Shown here one piece after another: positions 63,200-64,000 of a stretch of DNA of 64,000 nucleotides; within the stretch, counting starts at the first letter, position 1, and every line of letters starts with the position of its first letter. The notes under the pieces are model-generated. The model made no database searches. It had not been told where the DNA came from and was given only the letters and a program-made list of their open reading frames with translations. The DNA is from Candidatus Methanomethylicia archaeon (lineage in GTDB: Archaea > Thermoproteota > Methanomethylicia > CALHIW01), in the NCBI GenBank assembly GCA_038845975.1, contig JAWBQF010000001.1, positions 32,733-96,732 on the forward strand, given 5' to 3'. Position numbers and translations under genes: made by a program.

Positions 63200-63285
63200 G
63201 GGCTATACCCCTATACTGAGAAGTAGTTTCATCCTTAAGCATACGCTTACGTTAACTACACACTCCAGTATAGGGATGAAAGCCC
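63200..63285. other. Long imperfect hairpin of unknown function
   Basis: Nested pairings GGGCT/AGCCC, CCCTATACTG/CAGTATAGGG, GTAGTT/AACTAC and TAAGC/GCTTA. Confidence 0.55.
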
Positions 63286-63677
63286 ATTATTAAATAACTT
63301 TAGAAATTTAAACCTTACACTAATTTTATATAAATCCTAAAGAACCCTTCAAAATTTGCTCTGAATATTAGGTACTGCAATAAGAACTTGAAAAGAGTAG
63401 ACATATTCAAACACAAAAACGCAGACTAATAATTGCGGATAGAGGAATACATTAATAAACTATGGGATACATTTCTTAAAACGTGGAAGGTTGAAATTGC
63501 TTTAAAAAGCTAAGTTCAATAAATCCGATTGTTTACCAGTCATAAATAATTTACATCAGACCTTCCTATGTAGTGGTTATCATGTTGAAGCTAGAGTTTT
63601 AAGCTCAGATATTTTAATAAGAATATAGCTAATAGTTAAATAGGTATAACTACTATAAAGTTACCTTCACTCATACG

Positions 63678-64000
63678 GGCTTTGTTAACTTTAGATTTAT
63701 TTGGGAGTTCTCTCCCTTATTTATGGTGAATCTATGGTTAAAGTTGTTAAGTTTGTTAGGGAGAGAACTCCATTTACTCTAGTTGTTATGTTGCTTATAT
63801 ATATATTTTCGTTCATCTAGAATGGCTTCAGATATTTTAAGCTTCATTATTGTTTTAGGTTAGGTATCTATATTATCGTGGTTTAGATATTTAAGCTTCC
63901 TATTTGAATTTGATAGGAGGGATGTTAGATTTTATGGTTGATGATACTATTATTAATTTGGGATCTATGAGTAAGATTGTTTATGTTGTGTTTGAGCCAT
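63678..64000 (+). mobile_element. IS6 family A copy truncated by the window end
   Basis: Starts GGCTTTGTTAACTTTAG; homologous to the reverse complement of about 5900-6228 and 39450-39746. Confidence 0.82.

Noticed and set aside
63200-63285. Hammerhead ribozyme (GGGCUA...GAAAGCCC)
   Set aside because: There is no CUGANGA core in the required position and no stem I/II arrangement
1-64000. CRISPR array, rRNA genes or provirus
   Set aside because: No regularly spaced repeats, no long GC-rich RNA genes, and no integrase or capsid genes seen

Overview
AT-rich archaeal chromosomal segment, most consistent with a Thermoproteota/TACK lineage: cdvABC cell-division cluster, EndA with a crenarchaea-type loop, TATA/BRE promoters, GGTGA ribosome-binding sites and many leaderless genes. 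About 55 housekeeping or conserved genes are recognisable. They include DNA ligase, GlyRS, Rqc2/NEMF, a GPN GTPase, TIP49, PINA, Trm14, MoaE, MobB, an E1-like enzyme, two ThrC homologues, three ESCRT-III paralogues and three membrane-anchored surface proteins. The unusually long intergenic regions are filled with decayed IS6- and IS5-family elements and several MITE families, many with intact target-site duplications. Non-coding highlights are a tRNA-Gln(UUG) with two introns (canonical 37/38 and non-canonical 10/11) whose 5' leader duplicates the acceptor strand, a stand-alone box C/D sRNA, and a structured leader ahead of a TRAM gene. Protein-level oddities are a ThrC-wHTH fusion lacking the PLP lysine, a ThiI lacking its PP-loop, and an ArsA/Get3 ATPase with an HSP20-like tail next to a small coiled-coil gene. 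All calls come from motif reading by eye; no database searches were run.
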